A program made the position numbers and the translations under genes. Positions 62,215-64,000 of a stretch of DNA of 64,000 nt are shown here, piece by piece (the stretch's first letter is position 1; the number at the start of each line of letters is the position of its first letter). The DNA lies in NCBI GenBank assembly GCA_951406725.2, contig OX597815.1, positions 209,808,001 through 209,872,000 on the forward strand, written 5' to 3'. The notes under the pieces are model-generated. The model was not told where the DNA came from. It made no database searches and saw nothing but the letters and a program-made list of their open reading frames with translations. This DNA comes from Octopus vulgaris. Its lineage: Eukaryota.

Positions 62215-63569
62215 ACCTGGAAAAAAAAGTAAACACAAGTCTAAGTGTCGTGGCGGGGAGCGTGGGGTCCGCGGACCCGCCCCACTGCATTCTGTCAATT
62301 TGTAAAAGTGTCTTTGTAATTGTAATTTCATTCGATTTTATTGTTCAGTCAAATTTTTAAATTGATCCCACAAAGCATCTTATTGTATCATCATTCGTGA
62401 TTGTCATGTTCTTGTCTATGTCGCCCCTAGTGGGTAATAAAGAATTTGAAATTCGGCAAAGAAATGAACTTTCGGGATGTAGCCTGGAGGGTTTTTTCGT
62501 ATTAATCGTTTGGACTTTGTGAACACATACTAATTGTTTTCATAACATTTTTAACGCTTTGAATTAAATGAGACCATTGAGTCTGCAGTTTGAATCACTT
62601 TAACCAAATTTTAGCAGGCCGGATTTTTGATCATCACGATACATCGCCAGCAACTCCCTGAAATACTCCCCTGAAATCCCCGTTGAGAAATACTGATCTA
62701 AAAGAATAACTCAACAATGCAATTATTTGATCAGTAAAAATTTATGAAACGCTTCTACGTACTTCCTATTGAAGAAATGGAACACATAAGCGCAAAAATA
62801 GAGGGCATTAAATGCTTGATTTTAAAACCAAAATAATTGAATTTTGATTGAACTTCATCCAAGTTTAGCTTAATTCGCGCGTGCATAGAACGCACGAGCG
62901 CACGAGCGGGGCAATACTGCTAGTAATCATATACATACATTCCTATATATATATACATACATTCCTATATATATATACATACATATATACATATATATGT
63001 ATAGTTACCTGTCTATCTATAATTACTTAGCTGGGTTATAATATACTTGTGCACCTTTTTATGAATATAGTTCTTCAAGGGGACTTTTAATGTGTCACCA
63101 ACATCATTGAGGTAAGGAAAAGATTATCAACGACATGTCTAAGGTTCAATTAGTTTAATCGCATCCTCTCTATTAATTAATGCAATTATATCATGTTAAC
63201 ACAGTCCCGTAATATTTAGTAAATTTATTATTCAATTTGCAGTTGGGTAAAATCGTAAATTATTGACACTTTATTAAAAAGCATAATAGCATAACCTGGA
63301 AGAAATATGGATTATATGGAAAAACGCGAGCAAGAGAAATAATATTTTTAAGATTATAAACCTGGAAAAGTACAGGACAAGTTATTATATTTATCTTTAA
63401 GAAATTACATTTATCCTTCATTATATTGGTATAACTCGAGGTAACCAAAAATTGGCTCATCTGTCAGCACCATTAGGCTGTGGCCGGAATGATGTAATAA
63501 GAATTTTACCTGCATAATCAAAACAGATCCCGTAAACAAACTTAAAAGTTATATACATACATATATGTG

Positions 63570-63866
63570 CGAGGGCGCATGACCAAGGGTTTAGTTTGTT
63601 GCATTCACGATCCAACGATCGTGATTTCGGTTCCTAGACCGGGTGGTGCGTTGTATTCTTGAGCAAAACGTTTCATCTCACGTTGTTCTCCGATTGCTTT
63701 GACAATCGAGGCGTGTTACACAGTGCAACTGGTCAGACAACATCGATTTGAAAGAGTGAGTTAGCTAATGTGCAGCACGAACATTTGATAATTATCAACA
63801 AATCTTTTGTGCAGGTCGTTCGGCAAAACTGAACGCTCATACGTCGTCTGCGAAGGAAGAGTCCAT
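63570..63866 (+). mobile_element. Degraded tRNA-derived SINE followed by (CATAT)n(CTAT)n(TA)n
   Basis: GGGCGCATGACC..TTTCGGTTCCTAGACC..TTCTTGAGCAAAACGTTTCATCTCAC resembles 30568-30800. Confidence 0.55.
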
Positions 63867-63903
63867 CATATCATATCATATCATATCATATCATATCATA
63901 TCA

Positions 63904-63966
<63 letters not shown>

Positions 63967-64000
63967 ATATATATATATATATATATATACATACATATAT

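Larger units (their letters stand above)
57080..62447 (+). mobile_element. Full-length L1/Tx1-clade non-LTR retrotransposon
   Basis: Two uninterrupted ORFs and UTRs; 16-bp TSD GAAATTCG[C/G]CAAAGAA at 57064-57079 and 62448-62463; ends AATAAAGAATTT with no poly(A). Confidence 0.93.
56711..62923 (+). mobile_element. Non-autonomous Helitron (~0.83 kb of own sequence) hosting the LINE
   Basis: 5' A|TCTATATATATAAAA start followed by a GT-rich microsatellite; 3' CGTGC..GCACG hairpin then CTAG|T at 62920-62924; inserted between A and T with no TSD. Confidence 0.8.

Noticed and set aside
57266-62331. Antisense and alternative-frame ORFs within the LINE
   Set aside because: Shadow ORFs of long coding sequence with no recognisable motifs.

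Overview
AT-rich, microsatellite-dense eukaryotic DNA made mostly of transposon copies and relics. It is not prokaryotic: I see no operons, CRISPR array, rRNA or intact tRNA genes. The SINE families and (TA)n/(CTAT)n/(AAT)n load resemble what I recall of octopus genomes; this is inference, not a database result. The only intact genes are ORF1 (CCHC knuckle) and ORF2 (APE endonuclease, RT, C-terminal zinc motif) of a full-length ~5.4 kb L1/Tx1-clade LINE (57080-62447, 16-bp TSD, no poly(A) tail), nested in a non-autonomous Helitron. The rest comprises relics of Penelope-like, R4/Dong-like, RTE-like, mariner and possibly hAT elements, at least three tRNA-derived SINE families, MITE/foldback elements, an A-tract satellite and a 100-N gap. 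Main observations: (1) a SINE family whose 3' ~55 nt matches the 3' end of the Tx1-like LINE and which occurs as one head plus n precise 184-bp units inside a single TSD; (2) minimal type I hammerhead ribozyme motifs in Penelope-type terminal repeats, plus a 138-bp-arm foldback; (3) a mariner built from two inverted 5' ends; (4) serial R4/Dong 3' ends in (AAT)n tracts. A few minus-strand exon-like islands may belong to a host gene or pseudogene, but this is weak. Most listed ORFs are simple-repeat artefacts.
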